A DNA stretch of 64,000 nt from a virus: IMG/VR virus record IMGVR_UViG_3300013132_005564, positions 1 through 64,000 of that record, one strand, 5' to 3'. The position numbers were made by a program, and so were the translations under genes. The notes under the pieces were generated by a model, which was not told the DNA's origin, did no database searches, and worked only from the letters and a program-made list of their open reading frames with translations. Below, in pieces: positions 28,820 to 39,300 of the stretch; the stretch's first letter is position 1, and the number at the start of each line of letters is the position of its first letter.

Positions 28820-30821
28820 GACCGGAGCACCAACCGTAAAGATCGGCGACGACGGTCAGGTCTTGCAGTGCGCCAAGGGTGCCGAGACGGCTGCCTGCGG
28901 CTACAAGGCCGGTGACGCCGTTTGCGCGGCGTGCGGCGCCACGGCGGTCGAGGTGAAGATGTACGGCGAAGACGGTGCCGACGGAATGATGTGCAAGGCG
29001 ACCGGCGAGACGGTGATGGAACCCTGCGCCGAGTGCAAGGGCGACTGCTCCGCGATGGCCTTCAAGGGCGAAATGCCCGCCCAGTTGCTCGAAAGATTCA
29101 AGAAGAAGAAGAAGACGGGTGGCAAGAATCCGTTCGCCGAGGAAGACGAGGAAGACGAGGAAGACGAGGAGATGTCGGAGAAGGGCGAAATGCCCGCCCA
29201 GTTGCTCGAAAGATTCAAGAAGAAGAAGAAGACGGGTGGCAAGAATCCGTTCGCCGAGGAAGACGAGGAAGACGAGGAGATGTCGGAAAAGGTCGCCATG
29301 TACGGCGCCCCGCCGGCGAGAGCCTATGGCGACTTCTCTGACGACGAGGAGCTGGGAATCGTGCAGGAAGCCGACACGGAGGACGACGAGGAGCTCGACA
29401 TTGAGGAGCCGGAAATGGAAGATCCCGACGAGGAGGTCTCCGGGTCGTACAGCAAAGGTGTTGGCGGACGACGGAGGGTGCCGGTAAGACCACGACGGAC
29501 GAAGGGTGCCTACACCGGCGACCCCATGGACGACGAGGATTACGACGACGAGGAAGAGGAGGGGATGGAGGAGCTGTCCCTTGACGAAGAAATGGACGAA
29601 CCAGGCGAAGTCGAAATGCAGGAAGACATGGAGAGATCGGGTTACATGTACCGAAAGTCGGACTATGCGAACCTGAGGCTCGCAACGATGGGCTTCAAGC
29701 AGGGCGAGATGGGGACCAACCCGTTCGTGTGCGCAATCGAGAGGAAGCTGTACCCCGCCAACTCTCCCGTGTGCGAGAACTGCCCCGGTGGTTGCGTGAA
29801 GGAGGGCGACATGCCCGCGCTCCTGGAGATGGAGGGCGTCGCCGAGGACATGTTCAGCGGCAAGGTCCTTGACTCGGGTTACTCGGACAAAGCCGACATC
29901 TTCGTCGTCGACGTGGAACGCAAGGACGGAAAGCCGGTGGAGGTGTTCTTCGACGGCACGACCGGAGAGTGCTACGGATGGCACATGCTCAACGACGAAG
30001 TCCTGAACGTGAAGTCTGGATTCCGCCCGAGCGAGATGATCGGGTTCTCGGAGGCTGCGCAGATAGCCACCAAGAGCATCAACGGCGACGTCGTGTCCGT
30101 CGAGGCAGATCTCTTCGAGGGTTTCGACAGCTACGCAGTCGAGATAGAGGGCGTGGACGGCAAGTCGTACGACGTGTTCGTGTCCCTTGACGGCGACATT
30201 CTCGGATACGACACCTACACGCAGCAGGAGGCCTTCGCCATTGAGTCCGAGGCCGCCGAGATAGCCCTCAAGCGCGCCTACGGCGACGACGTCAGGAAGC
30301 AGATGGCCGAGCGCGGCGACGCCATGGAGGACGGGGAGATGCCCATCGCAAACGACTCGGACCTGAGGAACGCCGTGATGTCGTGGCCGAGGTCCAAGAA
30401 GCGCACCGAGGCGAAGGAGCACATCATGGCGAGGGCCAGGGTCCTCGGTCTCGAAAAGTCGCTCCCAGACGAGTGGTTGCAGGAGAAGAAGCAGAACGAG
30501 GAGGCGAAGGGGGACGCCAACTTCCTCTCGAGTCTTGCCGAGTTCGAGCTGATCACCGAGGAGATCAAGTCGTCCAACTCCGAAGAGGATGAGGCCGAGC
30601 TGTACTTCAAGCGGATGTTCAGCGACGAGCAGCGCGAGGACGAGGCCAAGAAGGGCAACGCCCTACCCGACGGCTCGTACCCGATAGTCAACGAGACTGA
30701 CCTCAAGAACGCGATCCAGGCGTACGGCAGGGCCAAGGACAAGGACAAGGCCAGGGCCCACATCGTCAAGCGCGCCAAGTCCCTCGGCAAAGAGGATTTG
30801 ATTCCGGAAAACTGGAACTAA
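28809..30821 (+). CDS. Acidic scaffold-like head protein with Cys clusters, two PepSY-like domains and two C-terminal (L/M)xDGxxPI repeats
   Basis: GGAG RBS then ATG 28809; long E/D tracts; IGFSEAAQIATKSINGDVVSVEAD....YAVEI....GKSYDVFVSLDGDIL is PepSY-like; paired GDAMEDGEMPIAN../GNALPDGSYPIVN.. repeats. Confidence 0.7.
   Translation: MEPETGAPTVKIGDDGQVLQCAKGAETAACGYKAGDAVCAACGATAVEVKMYGEDGADGMMCKATGETVMEPCAECKGDCSAMAFKGEMPAQLLERFKKKKKTGGKNPFAEEDEEDEEDEEMSEKGEMPAQLLERFKKKKKTGGKNPFAEEDEEDEEMSEKVAMYGAPPARAYGDFSDDEELGIVQEADTEDDEELDIEEPEMEDPDEEVSGSYSKGVGGRRRVPVRPRRTKGAYTGDPMDDEDYDDEEEEGMEELSLDEEMDEPGEVEMQEDMERSGYMYRKSDYANLRLATMGFKQGEMGTNPFVCAIERKLYPANSPVCENCPGGCVKEGDMPALLEMEGVAEDMFSGKVLDSGYSDKADIFVVDVERKDGKPVEVFFDGTTGECYGWHMLNDEVLNVKSGFRPSEMIGFSEAAQIATKSINGDVVSVEADLFEGFDSYAVEIEGVDGKSYDVFVSLDGDILGYDTYTQQEAFAIESEAAEIALKRAYGDDVRKQMAERGDAMEDGEMPIANDSDLRNAVMSWPRSKKRTEAKEHIMARARVLGLEKSLPDEWLQEKKQNEEAKGDANFLSSLAEFELITEEIKSSNSEEDEAELYFKRMFSDEQREDEAKKGNALPDGSYPIVNETDLKNAIQAYGRAKDKDKARAHIVKRAKSLGKEDLIPENWN
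29064..29288 (+). repeat. Near-perfect 117-nt tandem duplication
   Basis: KGEMPAQLLERFKKKKKTGGKNPFAEEDEEDEE(DEE)MSE encoded at 29064 and again at 29181. Confidence 0.95.
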
Positions 30822-30832
30822 GGGGGATCGAG

Positions 30833-33800
30833 GTGACTCGCCTCGAACGACACCTGACCAAAAGCCCGGGTGAGAAGTCGCTCGGACCGACCATCGGTGG
30901 TGCACCGAGGAACCTGAATCCGTTCACTGCAAGGGACGCCGACCTGGACCTGGTGGTCCTTGAGGACATCGAGACGATCAACTTCGGTCGAGGCGTCCCG
31001 GACCCGACACCCGGCGGAGCCGCGGAGACGCCGTCTGCGCCAAGATTGAGATCGTCCCTCTACGCGAACGACGAAAATTTCGCCGTCGCGGCGATGTCCG
31101 GCCCGGATCGTCGCCGGAGTTTCAGTGAGGAGAAAGACCCAAGCGACATGAGCAATCCGGACGGTCACTTCCCGCGAGAATCCGGACCGATGTGGAAAGA
31201 CACGAATTTCACGGCCCTGAACCTCGCGCCGAGGACGCGGAGAGGCGCCAGCCCGGCTTCGGTGAACACGTATCTCCACGCCGAATGGACCGAGCCGTAC
31301 TGGGACGCCGTCAGGGACGACACGGGGATATGGAACTCCCCGCCACCGCCCGAGATGGAGGTCGAGCGCGCCATCTACGACGCCATGAAGAGAGAGACGA
31401 TAGATGTCGGCGGGTACAACGTTCCGTTCCCCAGGCATCCGAAGGAATCCGACTACCACCAGGAGACCGACTCGACGGGTGCCACCTTCACGCACCTCCG
31501 TGCCACGCGAAGTTTCCCCTTCCGCGACAGGGAGAACTCAAGGTGGACGGACGGACACCCGTTGTACCACGCGACACCGACCGGCTCGTTGCCGAAGATA
31601 CTCGCGGAGGGGCTGGTCGCAAGCGCCGAGCGTCAGTTGTGGTTCGGGGCGTCACCGACGGTGTGGAACGAGCAGTTCCCGCACAACGCCCCCCTTCGGC
31701 TGAAGTCACCGGTCAAGGGAATGTCGTTCCTGCGGATCAGCCCGACCGACGCAATGAACGAAAGGCTCTCCCTCCTCGCAAGGGTGAGCGATGTCGATCG
31801 AGCCACGCTTCCCGGCCATCTGGCGATCGATTCGGCTGGAAATCCAATCGGGCCCAGGGATTCCAGGACGCAACGGGCGGTTGGCCTCTACGGCGACGCC
31901 CTATTTTTTGACGACGTCAAGATACCGGGAGAGAACATCGAGGTCCTGAACCAGAACGGAGAATGGATCCCGTTGTACAAAACGGACCTTTCGGACGTGG
32001 TTTTTGACCCCTCGGACGGCGCCGACGCGGGCATGGGCAACGAAGGCGGCCCGAAAGGGAAAAGGATTTTCAGCAGGTTGTTTCGCGCGAGGGACCGCGG
32101 TGATTCGCAACCACCGCAGGAAGTCGTCCCGACGCCAAAAAGTTGGAAGAGCAACTACTCGAATTCTTACGGGGGAGACGAGTTTGTCAAGGGGGAACAG
32201 AGGCTGGAGAGAATAAAGCAGCAGGGTTTGGCCGCATCGGGCGAGTGGAGAAAGATCCACAACGACCACTACGACTGGTGGGCCTTCCCGATAGACCGAG
32301 GAAGCGCGTCGTTCGGCGAGACCTTCAACGTGGCGGGCGATCCGCTCGAGAGACTGAAGAAGGACCCGGAATTCCTCAGCAGCCTGGCCAAAATCATGGA
32401 GGTGCAGGCGGCCGCCCTCGGCTGGTCCCTCTACGAGGGCAAGTATTTCGACCGGCTGGATTGGGACAAGGGTCAGGATTGGAACATGGCCTACCCGACC
32501 AGACTTTGGAAAATGACCAGATCCGCCCAGATCTTCGGCCTTGAGCGGGAGTTCGAGTCTCTGCTGGACCTCCAGGAGTCCCTCGAGGCGGGGGGGATCG
32601 TGTTCGGCAACCATCGCTCCTACTGGGACAACCCGGGGACGGTGGACGACGTACCCTCGCTCGGAAAATCGTGGACGGAGAGGGAGGATGAACGAAAGAA
32701 AACACAAACGGCGAGTGGCGCCGCCAGCTGGACCAGCCCGTACCGTTCGCAGCCCGAGTATCCCAAGCAGGGTTCCGACGATTCGCAAATGACGCTCCTG
32801 GAGGAGGATCGGGCGTGGGACGCCTATGACAACTACGAACCTCCGGTCTTCCCGGTCGTGTCCGACGCCGAGGAGCTGGCCGACATCCTGTCGGAACCTG
32901 ACGAGGTGATCGAGTTCGGTTACCCGTACGAGCGAATAGACAAAGAAACGAGACAGCTGATCGCCGACGACATCTTCTTCGCCGTCTCCCTGTTGATGGA
33001 CGGAGAGTTCCCCGACGAGGAGTTCACGGACAGGCTGGAGTCCGCCGAACAGATGAGGCGATACGCGGACGAGCAGGAGGGTCTGTACCCGGACGACGGG
33101 GACATCCTGTACGCCCTGGCCGACGCGCTGGAGAACCCCGTCTCGTTGTACGAGGACGCCGTCTACGAATCAACCGACGGCGAGGCCGGGATGGGGCGCA
33201 AGCCGTCGCCCGAGGTGCGGGCACTCGTCGAACGGGTGGCGGAGATGCACAACGGGGGGAAAAGCGCCACGCAAATCGCCGAGGAGTTGGGGATCACGCG
33301 CTACAGGGTGCACAATTACCGAACGATTGCGAGACGACGGGGATTGCTGACTTCACCCCGTCAACGCACCGCGGCAGAAATGAATGAGTTGATTGGCGAG
33401 GCTACGAGGTTGTACAACGAGGGGAAAACCCGGCCGGAAATGGCGAGGGAAATGAATCTTCCCGTGAGCACGATCAACAACCTTCTGCAACGAGCAAACG
33501 AGCGCAAGCTACTTCGCAACTACAACCCTCGAGGGTCCGGAAACTTCAAGAGAACCCTCAGAACCCCCGGAAACATCGCCGCCGCCGCCGACAAGTACAG
33601 GCAGGGAAAGACGACAGCTCAGATCGCCGAAGAACTTGCGTTGACGGAAAGCTCCGTTATCAAACTAATTGGGGAGGCGAGACGCCTGGGGCTGGACGCG
33701 GGACCCCGTCGCTATCGAACTTCGCCCGAGCTTGAGGAACTGATGCTGGAGGTGGCGATCAAGTACGAGGAAGGAAAGCTAATGCGCGAAATTGCGCAGG

Positions 33801-36124
33801 AACTGGACGCCGATGAAACTACTGTCCAAAATCTGGCAAACAGGGCCGCGCAACTGGGTTTGATTCGGAGGGACAGAGTAGAGAGAGCGGGCGACGCCTC
33901 CGATGAATTGACGAAACAGATCATGGCCAAGCTCAGGGAGGGCAAGAGCCAGCGACAAATCGCGCGGGAACTGAACGTTCCCTACCATCGGGTCAACAAC
34001 TTGATCAAGAGGGCCAGACGGGTTCTTGCTCCAGACCCAAGAAAGGCCAGGTTGAGGAACTCATCCGAGTCCCTCGGGGACTCGGGAGCCCCCGACGGCG
34101 AGGCGGGGATGTCCTCCCGAAAAATCCCCAAATTCAACGGAGGCCACAGCAGCAGGGGGAGGGGGACCCCGTCGGGTGACGGCAAGGACCAGGCGATGAG
34201 GGATGTGGCAGACAGCGCCATAGTTGAGTTGGCGAACGACGAGAGGAGCAGTTCGCGTACGACGCTGGAGACGCTCGGGTCGTACCGGGCCGGGAGCATG
34301 GTCGTGATGCTGGCGAGAAACGGGGAGCTCCGAGGCCTTCCACTGAGGGACGAAACCATCCAGGCAATAACGAACGCCCACGAAGACGGTGCAACGTTCG
34401 TCGTTGGGGACATGCCGGGCGTGGATTCGCAGTTCGTGGACTATTTGGAGAAAATCGGGGCCGACTACACGATCTACCATGCGGGGAGTTCGCCGAGGTT
34501 CAGTCCGCAACCGCCCGACGCGCTCGGGGACGCGCCACCCGAACTCCTGGCGCGCGCGACCGACGACGAGGCGCAGCTAAACGTCCTGTACTCGGTACCC
34601 GGGGTCGCGGCAAGCGTCAGGATGAGGAGCACCGACGGTGCGCCCGTCGCCCCGGGCAAGAACGCAATCATGAAGCCGTACCTTCTGGCTCCGCACATAG
34701 ACGTGAACGATTTGGACGCGTCGGACCCGGCAATCCAGTCCCTTTCGCCGGCACTGAAGGCCGCCGGGTTGGGATCCTACGAAGTCACCGGGCACTCGTC
34801 CCCGAAGGTCCAGGGACCGGTGGTGAAGGAGTTCGCGGACAGGCTGATAGGTCCCAGTGCCGTCGCCAACGCCGTGCTCGGAACGTTCCCGACCGCGGAC
34901 GAGATGCTGACGATATACGCAGTAAACGCACTCATCAGGGCGAGGGCGGAGTACCTTTCCGACTCCGTCCTCGACGCGGACCAGGTAAACGAGGCAATCC
35001 TGTTCGGAAGAGTCCTTCAATTACCCCGGAACCTGTGGGAGAAATCGCGGCTCGACCGCTCCGTATACCTCGACCCGTTCTCCTACTTCGGCGGCAAGTC
35101 CAACTTCCTCAAGGCCGTGATCGACGCGTTGCCGGAACGGGTCAGATCCGGGCTGGCCTTCTCCCCCGCCGCGGAGAGGATACCCGGCGTCACCTATCAG
35201 GACCGGTCCTGGGGGGACACCTCGCACTTCGAGAGCATCATAATCAGGGAAGACGACGACCTCTCCAGGAGGTTCGCCCCCATGGTCAGGAATCAGGCGA
35301 AAATAGTGGTGGACCACGCCAGGCGACACGACGAGCTGACGAAGAAGTGGGCGCAAACCGCCTACGACCTGATGAAGGAGGCTGGCCTGACGGACGCAGA
35401 GGTGGCTTTCGTTATCAACGAACACTGGACGAAGGCATCGAGGTTCAAACTCGCCACGGTGCAACCGGGGAGCGTGCTGGGTCACGCGGCGAGGTTGGGC
35501 GTGAAGGCGTTCTCCTCGAGGTACTCGCCGATAAACAGGGCCGTCACCAAGCGCATAGAAAGCGTCCAATCCGGGGGCCTCCGCGAGGAAGAGGATTTCG
35601 GCCTGCACGAGTTCTTCCACCACTACCTGGGCCAGGGTTTCACCAGGCACGGGGAGTACGTAGCGTTCAGGGGTCCGGCCGATCTGATCGATTCCTACCA
35701 CGGGCACATGCAGTGGGCCTGGAACGACACCGGTCAGCTTGGGATGTTCGTCTCCAGGGTCATGACGCAGGAGTTCGGCCGCGACGAACAGCCCGGCGAG
35801 TCGGTCGCCGTTTCGTCGCGCGTACTCTTTGACACCATCGGCAGGGCCATCTACGACAGACTTAAGGAGATGCTCTCTTCGGCCGAGGACAGGCGAAAAA
35901 TAATGGATCAGGTCTTCCCAGAATTCCACGGGTTGCCCAGCGAGGACGAGGCGAAGATCAAGGAGCTGATCCGAAGGCAGTTCGCGGTCAGGGACTTGAG
36001 CACCCGCCAGTTTGCGGATAACATGCCCATACTCAGACTGCTCACGGCGCAGGACTTGCTGGTGCCGAAGGCGTACTGGCCCTACGGGGGCGAAACCAGG
36101 ATAATCGGAGGGAGCAAACAATGA
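30833..36124 (+). CDS. 1763-aa multi-module protein: ART-like, OGFr-like, HTH array, SLOG-like, HExxH domain
   Basis: LYHATP..SL.KILAEGL; HNDHYDWWAFP...RLWKMTRS; five HTH repeats (GK...QIA.EL); VVGDMPGVD; HEFFH; DPTP anchor and 4 linkers. Confidence 0.85.
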   Translation: MTRLERHLTKSPGEKSLGPTIGGAPRNLNPFTARDADLDLVVLEDIETINFGRGVPDPTPGGAAETPSAPRLRSSLYANDENFAVAAMSGPDRRRSFSEEKDPSDMSNPDGHFPRESGPMWKDTNFTALNLAPRTRRGASPASVNTYLHAEWTEPYWDAVRDDTGIWNSPPPPEMEVERAIYDAMKRETIDVGGYNVPFPRHPKESDYHQETDSTGATFTHLRATRSFPFRDRENSRWTDGHPLYHATPTGSLPKILAEGLVASAERQLWFGASPTVWNEQFPHNAPLRLKSPVKGMSFLRISPTDAMNERLSLLARVSDVDRATLPGHLAIDSAGNPIGPRDSRTQRAVGLYGDALFFDDVKIPGENIEVLNQNGEWIPLYKTDLSDVVFDPSDGADAGMGNEGGPKGKRIFSRLFRARDRGDSQPPQEVVPTPKSWKSNYSNSYGGDEFVKGEQRLERIKQQGLAASGEWRKIHNDHYDWWAFPIDRGSASFGETFNVAGDPLERLKKDPEFLSSLAKIMEVQAAALGWSLYEGKYFDRLDWDKGQDWNMAYPTRLWKMTRSAQIFGLEREFESLLDLQESLEAGGIVFGNHRSYWDNPGTVDDVPSLGKSWTEREDERKKTQTASGAASWTSPYRSQPEYPKQGSDDSQMTLLEEDRAWDAYDNYEPPVFPVVSDAEELADILSEPDEVIEFGYPYERIDKETRQLIADDIFFAVSLLMDGEFPDEEFTDRLESAEQMRRYADEQEGLYPDDGDILYALADALENPVSLYEDAVYESTDGEAGMGRKPSPEVRALVERVAEMHNGGKSATQIAEELGITRYRVHNYRTIARRRGLLTSPRQRTAAEMNELIGEATRLYNEGKTRPEMAREMNLPVSTINNLLQRANERKLLRNYNPRGSGNFKRTLRTPGNIAAAADKYRQGKTTAQIAEELALTESSVIKLIGEARRLGLDAGPRRYRTSPELEELMLEVAIKYEEGKLMREIAQELDADETTVQNLANRAAQLGLIRRDRVERAGDASDELTKQIMAKLREGKSQRQIARELNVPYHRVNNLIKRARRVLAPDPRKARLRNSSESLGDSGAPDGEAGMSSRKIPKFNGGHSSRGRGTPSGDGKDQAMRDVADSAIVELANDERSSSRTTLETLGSYRAGSMVVMLARNGELRGLPLRDETIQAITNAHEDGATFVVGDMPGVDSQFVDYLEKIGADYTIYHAGSSPRFSPQPPDALGDAPPELLARATDDEAQLNVLYSVPGVAASVRMRSTDGAPVAPGKNAIMKPYLLAPHIDVNDLDASDPAIQSLSPALKAAGLGSYEVTGHSSPKVQGPVVKEFADRLIGPSAVANAVLGTFPTADEMLTIYAVNALIRARAEYLSDSVLDADQVNEAILFGRVLQLPRNLWEKSRLDRSVYLDPFSYFGGKSNFLKAVIDALPERVRSGLAFSPAAERIPGVTYQDRSWGDTSHFESIIIREDDDLSRRFAPMVRNQAKIVVDHARRHDELTKKWAQTAYDLMKEAGLTDAEVAFVINEHWTKASRFKLATVQPGSVLGHAARLGVKAFSSRYSPINRAVTKRIESVQSGGLREEEDFGLHEFFHHYLGQGFTRHGEYVAFRGPADLIDSYHGHMQWAWNDTGQLGMFVSRVMTQEFGRDEQPGESVAVSSRVLFDTIGRAIYDRLKEMLSSAEDRRKIMDQVFPEFHGLPSEDEAKIKELIRRQFAVRDLSTRQFADNMPILRLLTAQDLLVPKAYWPYGGETRIIGGSKQ

Positions 36125-36312
36125 ACCAGAACAACAAACGAGACGACATGCCGATCCTGAGGGTCGTCGACTCCGACTCCAAGCTGGAATCCATCGGGGT
36201 GGCCCTGGCGGCGGCGGCGACCGAGGAAGCGGAGTCGCTGGCCGAAGCGCAGGAGGAATGGGACGAGATGGTCAGGACAAGGAGCGGAACCGCCGTGCGT
36301 GCCAGTAGCTAA
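36121..36312 (+). CDS. Small acidic protein translationally coupled to the 1763-aa gene
   Basis: ATGA overlap; GGAGGGAG RBS. Confidence 0.6.
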   Translation: MNQNNKRDDMPILRVVDSDSKLESIGVALAAAATEEAESLAEAQEEWDEMVRTRSGTAVRASS

Positions 36313-36324
36313 GAAATATACGTC

Positions 36325-36330
36325 TATAAT
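36325..36330 (+). promoter_or_regulatory. Putative -10 box TATAAT
   Basis: Perfect TATAAT in an AT-rich gap 50 nt before ATG 36381. Confidence 0.45.
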
Positions 36331-36380
36331 TGTTTGATGATTGTCACGTTCCGCCCCCCGGAACAGAGGGTTTAGGACAG

Positions 36381-39300
36381 ATGTCGCCGATTTCGTCAAG
36401 TTTTCCGCTCAACGCAAGGCTCGTCGCCAAGCACGACAGACGCTCACTGTACGCGCTCAAGGACGGACGCCTGGCCTTCGTGGACCACGCCACGAACAGG
36501 GTGTTCTTCGACGGCGGCAGGGACGCGGGCGGCAGGACGTACGGCAGCGGGCACAACGCGGCGTGGGCCGACTCGAGGATCGACTCGATCACCCGAGCGG
36601 GCGGATCCAGCGCGTTCTTCTCGTTCAAGGCCGCAAAGTTCGGGCAGACGGCGATGCCGGTGGGCGAACCGGTGGACGAGGAACCGATGGAGGACACTCC
36701 GTTCAACAGGGCGCGCAGGTTCATACCGAAGGAATTTCTAGAGTGGTCCGCCAACTACAAACCGGGGGACGCGCTCCCGGTGATGCCCCCCGGCTACGAC
36801 AAGGCGGATCACCTGGACAAGCACCCGGCGAACACCGACAACTACGCGCAGGCGGGGTTCTCCGTCGACGACGTCGTCGTTGCCTCCCTCAGGGCGATGG
36901 GCATGCCGGAAGTCAACCCAGAACTGGCCTTCATGCCCGAGCCAGGCGAGACAGAGACGAAGGGCTTGCCTCCGCTCGAGGTCAAGGGGATCCTGGGCAG
37001 GGAGATCAGGGACATGGCGCGCAACATCGCCGACTCAATACTCACCGCGAGGGGGTTGTGGAAGGACTCGCTCAACAAGATACGCTGCGGCTCGGGACCG
37101 AACGCCAACAGGTTCACCGACATATTCGGCACGGGCTGCGACGTCCCCGGGTCGGGGGTGGCGGGCAACGTCGTCGGGGCGGTCCGGGGAGCGGTTGATT
37201 TGCCGGGTCCGGCCGACGAGATCTTCGGTAGGGTCGAGGGGACGAGGGAGAAACTCGCCGATGTCGTGGAAGGTTCCGATCTTGCGGCGACCCGCGGCAG
37301 CCTGAGATCGCTCCTTGACAGGGCGTCTACTCGGGCACGCGGCGGCGACACGCCACACATAATCGGCGACAACCCGATGGACGATCACGACCCGATGGCG
37401 GGGATGGATCGGACCGGGGCAAGGTACTCGGACAGGACGAAGGGCGGCGGGATCCGGGCGTTGGTGAGTCGCAACATCCGAAAGATGCGAACGAAACGCG
37501 AGGAGAAGAGGTACGACGACGCCGCGCAGAACTACGCGAAGTGGCAGAGCTCAGACGACTACAGGTCGTGGGTCGCGGGCCTCGGGAGGGAACCGACGGC
37601 GCCGGAGAAGCTGGACAGGTTCGCCCAGTGGTCCGGCCTGAACCCGTCGCGCGTCGCGCGGAACCCGGACGGAAGCCCGGTGATGATCGACACCGGGAGG
37701 GTCGACGCCGCAGGCAACCCGATCATGGCCCTCAAGATGGAGGGCGACTCGTCCCCGCACAGCTTCATGGGCATCAACGACATCGCCGCGGGCACCGGCG
37801 GGAAGACGATGTTCGAGGCCCTCGTCGAACAGGCGCTTGACCCGGTCCACGGGGGTGGTCGCCTCGGCATGAGCGACAGGGAAAAGGCGAAAATGAAGAA
37901 GCAGGTTGAGGAGCGTCTCGAGGAGGTCGTGGCCCAGATGATCCACGCCGCCACCAGCAAGGGCGGTCCGCTGATGATCGAGCAGGTGCAACCGGACGGA
38001 ACCGTCAGGCGCGTGCCCAACCCCGACCCCGAGGTGAGGGCGAGGGCCGTGACGGCGATGCCTGGTTACCTGAGGCTCAAGGGCGTGGAATTTGCCGGCG
38101 GCGATCTGGCCAACGCGGTGATGGTAACGAGCGTCAACGGTTTCGTGCAGGATCCAAGAGATTTCGCCGGGGGGGAGCGGGTGCCGTTGCTGGACGAATT
38201 TGGCATACCGAGGGTCGACTCGGCTGGCATGCCCATGTACAGACCGCTGAACCTGTCGGGTGATCTCTCGGCACAGCAACGAGGGTTTGCGATGCAAACA
38301 GGTGTCTATCCCGAGTGGCTCATATCCGGGGATTCAACACCGTTCCACTTCCAGATATCGATAGACCCGCATTTTCTGACCAGCGAGAGGTACAGGGGGG
38401 AGGTTGCAAGGGAGTTCGGCGCCCACCACCTCGGGATGGAGCCCTCCTCGAAGGCCTTCCTCGCGCACACCCTCGACCACGAGTTTAACCACGTGGACGA
38501 TTTCGCGCACCGCTTGTCGCAGAGGCTCGGCTACACCAGCGAGTCGGAGTTCCGCATGAGGTTGCTGGACCAGTGGGACCCCATAAGCCAGGCCTACATG
38601 AGCGTCAGGGCGGGCAACGAGTTCGTTGAAGTACCCGGCGGCATCAGGCCGACCAGCGTCAGGGCCGGAACCATCGACCTGCGCGCCGACGCCAAACCGG
38701 GAACCTTCCTGCGATCCCAGATAGACGAACTGGACCGCATACTCAACCACCCCGACACGACGACCGTGACGACCGCAGTCAAGCAGCAAGCGCTGTGGAT
38801 GTTCTACATGAACAATCTGAGGTTCGACGAGGGCATCGCGTCGGCGTACGCCAGGTTCTCGATGGACCAGGGGATGAACAAGAAGACCGTGGCGGAGAGA
38901 CTCGAGACGATACGTGAGAACCTGGCAGCGCGCGGATACTCGGAGGAGACGGGAGTCCCACGTATGAAGTTTTGGGACGACATGCTGGACACGCCGACCG
39001 GGGTGTGGAACCCGTCCACGGGCAGATTTGATTTCTCGGCAGGACCGTTCCCCGCGAACCTTTCCGGCATGAGCCCGCGCGGCCAGGCCCGCCTCGACAA
39101 CGCCGCCTCGAACCTGATCTACGGGTACATCGGCGGCACGTACGCCGGTACCCACGACTTCGAGTTCGTGGCGGAGCTGAGGACGCAACTCAACAGGCCC
39201 GGGGCGCTCAAGGACATCAGGGAAATGCTCGCCGACACCGAGAGGAACCCGTACGGGGTCACCGAGGAGGAGTTCTTCACCACCCTCGCGAAGTTCGTCG

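Noticed and set aside
38220-38232. DSAGMP as another linker
   Set aside because: Followed by Pro and appears to lie in a local repeat (RVDAAGNP / RVDSAGMP) inside a module; not counted
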